A DNA stretch of 64,000 nt from Squalus acanthias (lineage: Eukaryota): assembly GCA_030390025.1 (NCBI GenBank), contig CM059432.1:8246001-8310000 (forward strand), read 5' to 3'. A program made the translations under genes and the position numbers. This document shows, piece after piece, positions 47,210 through 60,109 of this stretch. Position 1 is the first letter of the stretch. The number at the start of each line of letters is the position of its first letter. The notes under the pieces are model-generated. The model was given only the letters and a program-made list of their open reading frames with translations, had not been told where the DNA came from and made no database searches.

Positions 47210-48714
47210 ATAGAGTACAAAAGCAAGGAAGTTATGATGAACCTTTATAAAACACTGGTCCGACCTCAACTGGAGTATTGTGTTCAATTTTGGGCACTGC
47301 ACTTTAGGAAGGATGTGAAGGCCTTAGAGAGGGTGCAGAAAAGATTTACGAGAATGGTTCCAGGGATGAGAGACTTCAGTTACGTGGATAGACTGGAGAA
47401 GCTAGGGTTGTTCTCCTTGGAGCAGAGAAGGTTGAGAGGAGATTTGCTAGAGGTTTTCAAAATCATGAGGGGTCTAGACAGAGTAGATAGAGAGAAACTG
47501 TTCCCATTGGCAGAAGAGTCGAGAAACAGAGGACACAGAATTAAGGTGATTGGCAAAAGAACCAAAGGCGACATGAGGAAAAACTTTTTTACACAGCGAG
47601 TGGTTAGGATCTGGAATGCACTGCCTGAAAGGGTGGTGGAGACAGACTCAATCTCAGCTTTCAAAAGGGAATTGGATAAGTACCTGAAGGAAAAAAATTT
47701 GCAGGGCTACGGGGAAAGGGCGGGGGAGTGGGACGAGCTGAGGTGCTCTTGCAGAGAGTCGGCACGGGCTCGACGGGCCGAATGGACTCCTTCTGTGCTG
47801 TAACCATTCTCTGATTCTGTGATTCCAGATTTTGTGTTCAAGTTGCATGGAGTGGGATTTGAACCCACTACCTTCTGTCTCAGAGGCAAGAGTAGTAACC
47901 AGAGAGCAAGGGTAAGGCTGAGGCGTGGTAAAAGTTTCAAACGTGTTAGCACAGCTGGTAGAGAAAAAAAATTGCTGGTAACTTCTGGGGTTTGAATCTT
48001 TTGAAGTTTAAACAATTGTTTGATTCATCCAAGAGGCAGTGGAACTTTGGCAGTGTGATGCAGCTACTCTAGAATGCGTACAATCCAAAGTGATTCTCGA
48101 CAGGAAATATCCTCAACCTGTAACAAGATAAAGAGATAAAAGCTGGAGCCAGTGGATAAATAACCCAAATGTACAGCAAATTGCTCCTTCAGACTGGAAA
48201 GCCAGAATGAGGTTGAGGTCAGAGAGTAATCGTTCCCTGTGAGAATATATATTGATTCTAAAGAGTCGGCATTGCAAAATTGATGTCCTTCTATTGCACT
48301 TCCTCCTGGGGCAGAGCTTTGTACCAAACCCACTTTGCTATTTGTGATTTGATGAGAGATCTCATTTTGCAAGATTTATATTTGAATTGCAGCTACCATC
48401 TCTGAGTACAAAAAAAAGACAACTGTTCTGGGAGCAGGGTCTTGGGCATATTGGATTCTACTCACTCAGTCGCTGAATTTCTAACGTTGATGTAACCTTT
48501 CAAACAGAAGACAAAATGCAATTCCGAGTGTAACAAAATCAGTCTCTTGCAGAACACAGCATCAAAGATAAGGTATAAAAATGACTTCAAAGTATTTATC
48601 TCCTCTCTTAAAACTCAATAATTGGCTTTTGGTTCCTTCACTGGAATATCAGTGCAATGCAATAAAAGGTCATTTTTCTTAACAAAACTAAAGCCTCCAA
48701 ACCTACTACTAAAA

Positions 48715-49556
48715 AAGGTCAAGTCCCACTCCAGAGGCTTGAGCACAAAAATCTAGGCTGACATTCCAGTGCAGTACTGAGGGAGCGTCAGAGGTGCCGT
48801 CTTTCGGATGAGACGTTAAACCGAGGCCCCGTCTGCTCTCTCAGGTGGACGTAAAAGATCCCATGGCCACTATTTCGAAGAAGAGCAGGTCCGATATGAC
48901 CGGTGTCCTGGCCAATATTTATCCCTCAGTCAACATCACTAAAACAAGATTATCTGGTCATTCTCACATTGCTGTTTGTGGGAGCTTGCTGTGCCCAAAT
49001 TGGGAGCCGTGTTTTCTACATTACAACAGTGACCACACTTCAAAAGTTGGCTGTAAAGTGCTTTGGGACACACAAGATCACGAAAGGCGCTATATAAATG
49101 CAAGTCAGTCTGTCTGTCTGTCTGTCTTTCTGTCTGTCTGTCTGTCTGTCTGTCTTTCTTTCTTTCTTTCTATCTAAATCTAGGCTGACACTCCAGTGCT
49201 GTACTGAGGGAGTGCTGCACTGTCGGAGGTGCTGTCTTTCCGGATGGGATGCTAAACCGAGACCCCGTCTGCTCTCTCAGATGGGCGTAAAAGATCCCAC
49301 GGCATTATTCCGAAGAAGAGCAGACGAGTTATCTCCGGTGTCCTGGCCAATAGTTATCCCTCAATCAACATCACTAAAACAAGATTATCTGGTCATTATC
49401 ACATTGCTGTTTGTGGGAGCTTGCTGTGCGCAAATTGGCTGCCGCGTTTCCCACATTACAACAGTGACCACACTTCAAAAAGTACTTCATTGGCTGTAAA
49501 GCGCTTTGGGATGTCCGGTGTTCATGAAAGGCGCTATAGAAATGCATCTTTCTTTC
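48715..49556 (+). mobile_element. Two tandem Deu-domain SINEs separated by (GTCT)n/(TTTC)n
   Basis: Deu core twice; microsatellite ~49105-49172. Confidence 0.88.
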
Positions 49557-49624
49557 TAAAGTAATACATATTGGGATGTGAAGGTTAAAGGCACTGAATG
49601 TTGTAGATCGTAAGGAGAAAAGGT

Positions 49625-49995
49625 TATTTAATAGAGGTGTTCAACATTATGAGGGGTTTCGATAGAGTAAAGAGGGAGAAACTGTTTCCACTGGCAGGAG
49701 GGTCGGTAACCAGACACAGATCGAAGATAATTGTCAATAAAAGCCGGGGGGGGAAACGAGGAGAATTTTTTGTACTCAGTGCGTTGTAACGATCTGGAAT
49801 GCACTGCTTGAAAAAGCGGTGGAAGCAGGTTCAATAGTAACTTCCAAAAGGGAATTGGATAAATACATAAAAAGGAAAAATTTGCAAGCCTATGGGGAAA
49901 GAGCAGGGGGAGTGGGACTAATTGGAGAGCTCTTTCAAAGAGCCGGCACAGGCACGATGGGCCGAATGGCCTCCTTCAGTGCTGTATGATCCTAT
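49625..49995 (+). mobile_element. CR1 3' fragment
   Basis: Matches other CR1 3' ends. Confidence 0.8.
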
Positions 49996-51513
49996 AAAAT
50001 ACTGAGTCATACAGAGCAGGAAGGTATCAGGTTTGTCCCTTCTTTGCACTGGGTTAGCTCTTTTCAGCTAGGGGGTGGGGGGTGGGGGGAGGGGGTGGGT
50101 CGGGGCAGGCTGTAAGAGAGATACATTTGGCTTCAGTGTTCCCCTAGCTAAGGAGGGGGCAAAATAATCAGTCGCCACTCTGACAACTGATCGTATCCAG
50201 TAACGCCGTCCCACCCCGCGCCCCGGAGGAACGTGTGCGCGAGCGCGATGGATTGGGATTGACGAGACGAGACAGTCAGCGAACAGCCGACTGGTACTTA
50301 TTGTTCCGGTCGCTACACAAAGAGCAGCCATTTTGGCTCAGGAACTGGAGGATTACTGGTTCCCATGGAAACACACACCTTTATGGGCTGGCGGAGGGGG
50401 TGGGGGGGGGAGGTGGGAGGGGGGATGTGTTGGTGGTGAGAGGGGAAAAATCAAATAAAAAACAATCAAAAAGAAGACATTTCAGTAAAATTCTGCGCTT
50501 TTGCCCACAAACAATATTCGTGACCCAGTCACCAGGGTGAAAAAGAAAGACATTTATATAGCGCCTTTCACGTCCTCATGATGTCCCAAATACAGCCAAT
50601 GAAGTCCTTTTTGAAGTGTCGTCACTGTTGTAAAGGAGGAAACACGGCAGCCAATTTGTGCACAGCAAGCTCCCACAAACAGCAATGTGATAATGCCCAG
50701 ATAATCTGTTTTTTTTTAGTGATGTTGGTTGAGGAATAACTATTGGCCATGAGATGGACTAGGGCGGGAGGAGGCTCGGGTGGAGCAGAAACGCCAGCAT
50801 AAACCAGTTGGGCTGAATGGCTTGTTTCTGTGCTGTAGACTCGATGTAATGACGCAAACACATAGCTGAACTGCGGAGAGATTGTGCCTGTGGCATTTCA
50901 TTTGTCCGCCGTGACAGATGATATTCCGCCTTCTTGCTCTATATCTGAAGAGCTCAGGGCTGATTGTCTCCCTTACGTTTTGTTTTTTTGATTTAAAAGG
51001 GTCCCAGGAGGGACACGTTATTCAAAGCACCCGATGACAAAATGACAGCCTTTTTCAATCTACTCGTCACCGTTCCTCACTGCAAATTCATCCACATTAA
51101 AGTCAGCGAGCACGCAGAGAGGGAAGGCAAATTTCACCAGCACATTGAGGAGTAAACTTTTCATCTTCTCCGTGAGATACCCGCGCACGGTTCAGGAGAC
51201 CAGGCAGCGGATAGTGTCTGCAAACATGCCGCTGAATGTATGATATCTGGAACAGCTTTGAGTGTGCCTTTGATGGGTGACTGATCTATAGTGTAAAAAT
51301 TGCTTGCTCCGTTATTTGTGATAACGGCAAGGTACAGACGTAGTTCGGCTTGGCTGTGTCATTATCTTTCATTTCGGAGTGCACGATTAAACTTAAATCA
51401 AAGCCTTTATAATAAAAAAAATGACAAAGAGACTGGAATTCAATTGTTCCTCATTCTGTATCGCAGAAACATCGCAGGAGCGTTGACTTACAATTAATTG
51501 CAACTAAGAACAG

Positions 51514-52684
51514 TGGCCTAGAAATCCGATATAGCCCGAAAATGGATGGTGCCATCGCGGGGCGAGGTTTGCTCGCACCAGTAAAAAGGTCGCAGGTGGC
51601 GCCGTTATTTTGGTGCTGCCCGCTGGATTGAATGATTGGCGCGCACAGCCCAGCGTGGAACGCGCTGCTTCGGGCTGTGCGCTCAGCAGGAGGCCCAATG
51701 TAGCGTGGCCCAATGTAGTTTTTCTTAAAGCTAGGCTGTCATTTTAGAAAGCAGTCTCCAGCCCTTAAAAGGGGAACTGCCTTCTAAAATAAAAAAAATT
51801 AAAAATCATTTAAAAATAGGCAGTCATTAGCCTTTAGAGCTCAACTGCTTTCTTAAAAAACAAATTAAAAATAATTCCAAAATGGTAGCCTTCAGTTCTT
51901 AAAGCAGAACTGCCTTCTGCACGTAAAAAAGAATGGTAAAATGCTTCAGCACTAACACAAATGGCACACCGGGCATGCGAAAGGGCACCCAGGGACTCGT
52001 GCGCAGCACTCCAGCTTTGTGCAGGGGGTCAACACTGCAAGAGAGGTCCTCTACGCACAGGAGGCCCTCCAGAAAGAACGATGTGGGACCAGATCGCCGA
52101 GGCCGTCACTGCCAGCAGTGTTGCCCCCAGGACCTGGCTCCAGTGCCCAAAGAAGCTTCATGACCTCTGACGAGTGGTCAAGGTCAGTGAATGCATCTTC
52201 AAAAGCCGTCTCCTATCAACTGCACCACGAGCCACACACACTGCATGACCCCCTACCCCCATCACTCATCTACCAACAATCTCTACCAAACATGAGGCAC
52301 ACCTCACATTCTTGGCTTCACCTCACCCCCTTGGAGGAGATGGTGCTTGCCATTCTTGGCAGGGGCATGGCTGAGCCCTTGGCCAGCGGCAGGGCTGAAA
52401 GAATACAAGATGCTGGGATCCTCATACTTTATCCTCCTTCTCACATCCCACTTCCCCCTAATCCTACAATCTCTTCTGATGTACAAGCTGCACATGGTGT
52501 AAGCATGCAGATCTTGCTTTCCCGCCCTCCCCTCACCACAACCCTACCCTTGTGCTTTCCTCATTTCAGATACCCAAGAAATCCAGCCGGCCCAGCCAGT
52601 GGTTGATCAAGAAGAGGGAGAGGAGAGTCAAGAAGGAGAAGAGACACTGTTGCTTGATTTCACACTCCCAGTCACCAGCTCCTC
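51514..52684 (+). mobile_element. Harbinger-like fragment with Myb/SANT-like coding remnant (51961-52182)
   Basis: ERAPR.S...WDQIAEAVTASSVAPRTWLQCPKKLHDL, then donor-like AAG/GTCAGT. Confidence 0.65.
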
Positions 52685-54170
52685 GATGGCAAATGGAATA
52701 TAATGTGGAGAAATGTGAAGTTATCCACTTTGGTAGGAAAAATAGAAAAGCAGAGTATTTTTTAAATGGTGAGAAATTGGGGAATGTGGGTGTTCAGAGG
52801 GACCTGGGTATCCTTGTACACGAATCACTGAAAGTTAACATGCAGGTACAGCAAGCAATTAGGAAAGCAAATGGTATGTTGGCCTTTATTACAAGAGGAT
52901 TTGAGTATAAGAGTAAAGTCGTCTTACTGCAATCACATTGGGCCTTGGTGAGACCACACCTGGAGTATTGTGTACAGTTTTGGTCTCTTTACCTAAGGAA
53001 GGATATACTTGCCATAGAAGGAGTGCAACGAAGGTTCACCAAACTGATTCCTGGGATGGGGGTTGTCCTATGAGGAGAGATTGAGTAGACTAGGCCTATA
53101 TTCTCTAGAGTTTAGAAGAATGAGAGGTGATCTCATTGAAACATATAACATTTTTACAGGGCTTGACAGGGTAGATGCAGGGAGGATGTTTCCCCTGGCT
53201 GGGGAGTCTAGAACCAGGGGTCATAGTCTCAGAATAAGGGTTGGCCATTTAGGACAGAGATGAGGAGAAATTTCTTCACTCAGAGGGTGGTGAATCTTTG
53301 GAATTCTTGACCCCAGAGGGCCACAAGGGTGACTAGCAATGTTCCCTGTAATTTATTTTTGGGCCGCACGGCCACTTTAACAGGCTATGCGGCCCATTCA
53401 AAATTCCTTCCTTTCACTTCCTCCTCTTCTGCACCTTCCTCTTCTGCTTCTTCCTTTTCTGCGTTTCCTCTTCCCTCTGCGAGCAGATGCTGGAAATCTG
53501 AAATAAAAGCATAAATTAATGGAAATACTCAGCAGGTCAGGCAGCATCTCGACCTTGATGTGAACTCTGTTTCTCTCTTCACAGATGCTGCCTGACCTGC
53601 TGAGTATTTCCAGCATTTTCTGCCTTCTCAGAAGCCTTCTTTTACCATCCAAAGCCTTGCAAGCATCCAGCAGCACTCCCTGCACACTTTAAAAACTTTT
53701 AATATCGATTGCACCAATCACTACTTCAATAAAATATTTTTAAAAATCCAAAAGCTGAAATGCAAACTTACCTGAAAGATGTGTGTGTTCCTTTACGAAG
53801 CGCTGACAGCATCTCTGTAGGTCTGCTGAACGCTCGCTTTTCTAAGCATGCTTAGGACCCAGCGTTAAAGTCAGTGAAAAGGTCGAAGTTTGCAGATGTG
53901 GCAATGGCCCTCACCAAAATGGCGGTCGCCGAGTTCCACACCGGAGGCGGGCGCAGGTTAGGCGGCCACCAATATTTTTCCAGAAACGGGCCTTAACGGA
54001 GAGCGGTAAGTCCGCAAATTTTTTCAGAACTAAGTGAATTAAGGGATATGGGGATAGTGCGGGAAGGTGGAGTTGAGGTCGAAGATTAGCCATGATCTTA
54101 TTGAATGGCGGAGCAGGCTCGAAGGGCCAAATGGCTGACTCCTGCTCCTATTTCTTCTGTTCTCATGTTA
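52685..54170 (+). mobile_element. CR1 3' fragment (52685-53322, 54030-54170) split by inserted material
   Basis: [29 protein letters not shown]. Confidence 0.85.
53483..53622. mobile_element. Head-to-head inverted pair of PLE family-2 termini
   Basis: GGAAATACTCAGCAGGTCAGGCAGCATCT followed by its reverse complement. Confidence 0.8.
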
Positions 54171-54599
54171 TAGTCCACAGTCTCTTTCTGCCTCTACTCA
54201 TCAATTCAAGATTGATGAATTTTGTTAAGAGAAACTAATTGCATCTTTGCAGCCATACATGACTGTTTAACAGACTGTAGTCTGCCATGGGGCGCGTGGT
54301 AACTCCAGGGCAATCTATATAGAATAACACAGAATCTACAGCTCAGAAACAGGCCATTCGGCCCAACTGGTATGTTCTGGTGTTAATACTCCACACGCAG
54401 GGGAGGTGCTGGGGCCGTGCGATTGCACGGGCCACCGCCAGCCAATCAGTTTGCCTGAATGGAACCAGTCCCCTTAAAGGACCGCCGCGGGCAATGTTAG
54501 TCAATCCAGGCAGGCTGAGCTCTCGGCCTAACATTATCGGCTGTAAAGCACTTTGGGATGTCCTGAGGTTGTGAAAGGCGTTATATATATGCAAGTCTG

Positions 54600-55098
54600 T
54601 CTTTTACTTTCTTTCTTTCTCTCTTTCTTTCTCTCTTTCTTTCTTTCTTTCTCTCTTTCTTTCTTTCTTTCTCTCTTTCTTTCTCTTTTTCTTTCTCTCT
54701 TTCTTTCTCTCTTTCTCTCTTTCTTTCTCTCTTTCTTTTTTCTTTCTCTCTTTCTCTCTTTCTTTCTCTTTTTCTTTCTCTCTTTCTTTCTCTTTTTCTT
54801 TCTCTCTTTCTTTCTTTCTCTCTTTCTCTCTTTCTTTCTTTTTTTCTTTCTCTCTTTCTTTCTCTCTTTCTTTCTCTCTTTCTTTCTTTTTCTCTTTCTT
54901 TCTCTCTTTCTCTCTTTCTCTCTTTCTTGCTCTCTTTCTTTCATTTTTCTTTCTCTCTTTCTCTCTTTCTTTCTTTCTCTCTTTCTCTCTTTCTTTCTCT
55001 CTTTCTTTCTCTCTTTCTTTCTTTTTCTCTTTCTTTCTCTCTTTCTCTCTTTCTTTCTTTCTCTCTTTCTTTCTCTCTTTCTCTCTTTCTTTCTTTCT
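54600..55098. repeat. Compound (TTTC/TCTC) microsatellite following a Deu-SINE tail (54535-54600)
   Basis: About 500 bp of almost pure C/T. Confidence 0.97.
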
Positions 55099-55529
55099 TT
55101 ATTCCATCATCTGACTGGACTGGACTGCATGGACCTCCCCCTCACCATCGGTGAAGTTCTGCAGCCAGAAACGTGCAGTGGTGGCCGCGGTGGGTTGGAC
55201 AGCCGCTGCTCCTGCTCGGAGTTCTGCCCAGCGGTGAGGCGAGTTTGGAACCAGCGCACGAGGCAAAAGCTCCTTCAAGTAGTAGTGGTTCTGTAAAATG
55301 TATGGGGTGTGGATCAGGATGGCTATAATACTGAACAATGCTTAGATGGCAGATCTCCCACAATCGCATGCACCTACTAAAGCTAATCTAGAGCTTATAC
55401 ATGATGGTGGAGGGTGGCACCAGTGGGGACTACGACCGTATGCTGCTGTCGATTATTGGAAATTACATTCATAACAAATAGCTTCTGTGTGACTTAATTA
55501 GTTTCTCTTAACAGCTTCATCAATCAAGT

Positions 55530-56712
55530 ATGTTCTGTCTACAAAAAGCAGGACAAATCCAACCTGGCCAATTACCGTCCTATCAGCCTACTCTCAATCA
55601 TCAGTGAAGTGATGGAAGGAGTCGTCAACAGTGCTATCAAGCGGCACTTACTCACCAATAACCTGCTCACCGATGCTCAGTTCGGGTTCCACCAAGACCA
55701 CTTGGCTCCAGACTTCATTACAGCCTTCGTCCAAACATGGCCAAAAGAGCTGAATTCCAGAGGTGAGGTGACAGTGACTGCCCTTGACATCAATGTGGAG
55801 AGTAAAAAAAGCGCAAAAAGTAAAACTCTCAGCGAACCCGTTAGTCCCTCGCCAGGTTAGAACGACGCCGACATTCAACCCCTCGGGTTGAAAGTTCTCA
55901 TCCTTGTTTTCAAATCCCTCCATGGTCGTGCACCTCCCTGCCTCTTCCAGCCTTACAACCTTCTAAGATCTCTGCGCTCCTCTAATTCTGGCCTCTTGCG
56001 CATCTCTGACTCCCTTCGCTCTACCATTGGCGGCTGTGCCTTCAGCTGCCTCGGCCCGAAGTTCTAGAATTCCCTCCCTAAACTTCTCCTCTTCTCCAGC
56101 TCTTTCTCCTCCTTTAAGCTCCTTAAAACCGACCTCCTTTGATCATCTGTCCTAATATCTCCAGATGTGGCTGGGTGTCAAATTTCGTTTGATAACACTC
56201 CTGTGAAGTACCTGGGACGTTTTACTGCATTAAAGGTGCTATATAAACCTTTATTCCAGCACTGGAGAATTTTAGCTATGAGGGAAGATTGGATAGGGTG
56301 GGGTTGTTTTCTTTGGAACAGAGGAGGCTTTAGGGAGATTTAATTGAGGTGTATAAAATTATGAGGGGCCTAGATAGAGTGGATAGGAAGGATCCATTTC
56401 CCTTAGCAGAGAGGTCAATAACCAGGGGGCATAGATTTAAGATTATTGGTAGAAAGATTAGAGGGAAGTAGAGAAGAACTTTTTCCACCCAGAGGGTGGT
56501 GGGGGTCTGGAATTCACTGCCTGAAAGGGTGGTAGAGGCAGAAACCCTCATCGCATTTAAAAAGTACTTGGATAGGCACTTGAAGAGCTGTAACCTCCAG
56601 GGCTACAGACCAAGAGCTGGAAAGTGAGATTAGGCTGGATAGCTCTTTTTCGGCCGGCGCGGACACGATGGGCCGAATGGCCTCCATCTGTGCCGTAAAC
56701 GTCTATGATTCT
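55530..56712 (+). mobile_element. LINE fragments: second CR1-group RT (55530-55795), L2-like (55880-56250), CR1 3' (56260-56712)
   Basis: NYRPISLL..AQFGF..ALDI peptide; matches to other copies. Confidence 0.8.
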
Positions 56713-57540
56713 TTGAGTCTGTGAAATGCAAGATGTTGTTTTTGTAGATCTGCAGCGAAATCATTTTGAAAATAAAGGGAGAACGTTTGAACCAGCCAGG
56801 GAATGGAAGAGCAGGCAAATGTCCAAAGCAGAATCATTTATACATTCTGCACAAGCTGGCTGGAGTAATTTGCTTTTTCACATTCCTAGTCTTACAGTGC
56901 TTCCTCTAAACCTGTCTGGCATCAAATCGGCTGGATCTCATGGGATAATTACACATTATTCAGAACCCAAATGAAATTTAGAAAGAACATTCAATAAAGT
57001 TAGAGTGCGGTCGCGTCTCCAAAAATTAATAGAAATAGTACAAAAAAAGTGAATTATAATTCTTTATGCATGAAGGTCAAAGTAAATCAATTTCTGTTTG
57101 TCTGTAAAACTCTATTCTAAATGTAACTTGTGCTAATATTTTTAGGGTGGGTTTCTTTTAGAGAAGCTTCTTCTGAGGTATTGTAGCCAGTGCTGTCAAT
57201 CTAATCCTCCGCTAAAATGCAAAGGGATTGGTTAATGAACTGATCTGATTAAATCTGGAGCACAGACTGGCTCCTTCTTTTGTTGGAGGCAACATGGTAG
57301 AAACCCAGGCCAGACAGCGGCAAATTATATTGAAGGATGAATTCATCCTCCCCCACTCTGCGTATGCGTTCATTAAAATAAACCATTCACTTCACTGGCC
57401 TAAACATCAATGCAAAACCTGTGCCAAAATTGGAAGTTAATCTGCACACCCGTCAGTCAGTGGCTATAAGGCACACCATTTATCTCTTCCTGTGACAGGA
57501 ATTCTGGGCCTCAGTTACCGTGGATACAGGCAGGTTTAAC

Positions 57541-60030
57541 CACCTTAAACACTCACTATCAATCCCAGTTTTGAAATTTTCAATTGATCCCACCCAGCTT
57601 TTTGGGGGAGAGAGTTCCAGATTTCCACTCCCCTTTGTGTGAAGAAATGCTTCCTGACATCACCCCTGAACAGGCCAAGCTCTAACTTTGCTGTTATGCC
57701 CCCTTGTTCTGGATCTCCCAACCAGAGGAAATAGTTTCTCTCTATCTACCTATCAAATCCTTTAATCATCTTAAACACCTCAATTAGATTACCGGCTAAG
57801 CACCTTAAACATTCACTCCCTCCACCACCGGCGCACCGTGGCTGCAGTGTGTACCATCGACAAGATGCACTGCAGCAACTCGCCAAGGCTTCTTCGACAG
57901 AACCTCCCAAACCTGCGACCTCTGCCACCTGGAAGGACAAGGGCAGCAGCCGTATGAGAGCACCGCTGCCTCTCAGTTCCCCTCCAAGTCACACACCATC
58001 CTGACTTGGAAATATATCGGCCGTTCCTTCATCGTCGCTGGGTCAAAATCCTGGAACTCCCTCCCTAACAGCACTGTGGGAGCACCTTCACCACACGGAC
58101 TGCAGCGGTTCAAGAAGGCGGCTCACCACCAAGGGCGATTAGGGATGGGCAATGAATACTGGGCTTGTCAGTGACACCCACATCCCGAGAATGAATAATT
58201 CAAAAAAACACAACACAATGGCTCTAACTGTAAGATGGCTCACAAGTTATAGGTCATCGTTCAGTCTGGAGTCCCATCTGGCCATGCTGGGTGCTCAATC
58301 CAACCAAGTATACTACAGCCATTTCTTTAATAAGGCCACTTGCAGCTTTGCGTAATTTAAAAATGGGATGATTAAATTTTTAATCAAATGTAAAACACAA
58401 TACTGGTAGGGAGAAATTATACTCAGATTTATTCATTTCCAACAATACTATTACTTTCAAGCAAGAAGTTCAGTCTGAATGATTCTGCCGCTGTATTTCT
58501 ACAGTAATTCCACTTTTAATAAGGTTCGGCTTTAATCCTTGTATATCATTCTGAATCAAAGAGTAATCCAATTAGGAAACATGACTATATTGAAACTGCT
58601 CTTATGCAAAAATTAAAACTCTTTTGGGGTCTATTTCAAAGATTCCAATGAATAAATCACCAAGTAACTGGAAATTATAAACATAGGAACAGGAGGAGGT
58701 CATTCAGCCCCTCGAGCCTGTTCCGCCATTCAATTAGATCACGGCTGATCTGCATCTTAACTCCATCTACCCGCCTTGGTTCCGTATCCCTTAATACCCT
58801 TGTCTAGCAAAAATCTACCAATCCCAGTTTTGAAATTTTCAATTGACCCCACCCAGCCTCAGCAGCTTTTTGGGGGAGAGAGTTCCAGGTTCCCACTACC
58901 CTTTGTGTGAAGAAGTGCTTCCTGACATCAGCCCCTGAACGGCCTGGCTCTAATTTTAAGGTTATGCCCCCTTGTTCTGGACTCCCCCCAACAGATGAAA
59001 TAGTTTCTCCGATCTACCCTATCAACTCCTTTAATCATCTTAAACACCTCAATTAGTTCACTCCTTAATCTTCTATACTAAAGGGAATATAAGCCTAGTC
59101 TATGTAACCTGTCCTCATAATTTAACCCTTTTAGCCTCAGTATCATTCTGGTGAATCTGCGCTGCTCCCCCTCCAAGGCCAATATATCCTTCCTGGGGTG
59201 CCCGGAACTGGCCTTTATTACAAGAGGATTTGAGTATAAGAGTAAAGACGTGTTACTGCAATTATATAGGGCCCTGTTGAGACCACACCTGGACTTTTGT
59301 GTACAGTTTTGGTCTCCTTACCTAAGGAAGGATATATTTGCCATAGAGGGAGTGCAATGAAGGTTCACCAGACTGGTTCCTGGGATGGGGGGATTGTCCT
59401 ATGAGAAGAGATTGAGTAGACGAGGCCTATATTCTCTAGAGTTTAGAAGAATGAGAGGTGATCTCATTGAAACATACAAAATTCTTACAGGGCTTGACAG
59501 GGTAGATGCAGGGAGGCTGTTTCCCCTGGCTGGGGAGTCTAGAACCAGGGTTCACAGTCACAGAATACGAGGTCGGCCATTTAGGACTGAGATGAGGAGA
59601 AATTTCTTCACTCAGAGGGTGGTGAATCTTTGGAATTCTCTACCCCAGAGGGCTGTGGAGGCTCATTCATTGAGTATATTCAAGACAGAGATCGGTAGAT
59701 TTTTGGAATCAAGGGATATGGGGATAGTTCAGGAAAGTGGAGATGAGGTAGAAGATCAGCCATGATCTTATTGAATGTCGGAGCAGGCTCGAGGGGCCAA
59801 ATGGCCAACTCCTATTTCTTATGTTCTTTTGTCTCTAAATGTGGTCTAACCAGAGCTTTATATAACTGTGACATAACTTTCACCCCTCAGTATTCCAGCC
59901 CCTTTGAGATAAAGGCCAACACATTCCATTTGCCTTTTTAATTATCCTTTTGTACCTGTCCACTCACCTCTAGCAGTTGGAGCCCTAAATCTCTCTGCTC
60001 CTCCACAGCACCTAGCTTCTCGCCATTTAG
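57541..60030. mobile_element. LINE fragments: CR1 57558-57790 (minus), second family 57801-58200 (plus), CR1 58680-59205 and 59835-60030 (minus) with nested CR1 59208-59828 (plus)
   Basis: RT C-terminal peptides and tails. Confidence 0.8.
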
Positions 60031-60109
60031 AAAAGACTCAAGACTGCTGTGCAATGCGGCATCAATGATTTACGCACTGTGGGGCATGGACAAGGCAAAG
60101 CAACATAGA

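Larger units (their letters stand above)
45805..47825 (+). mobile_element. CR1 3' fragment with two nested insertions
   Basis: GVPQGSVLGP/FADD region 45805-46207, resuming at 47210 to the tail. Confidence 0.9.
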
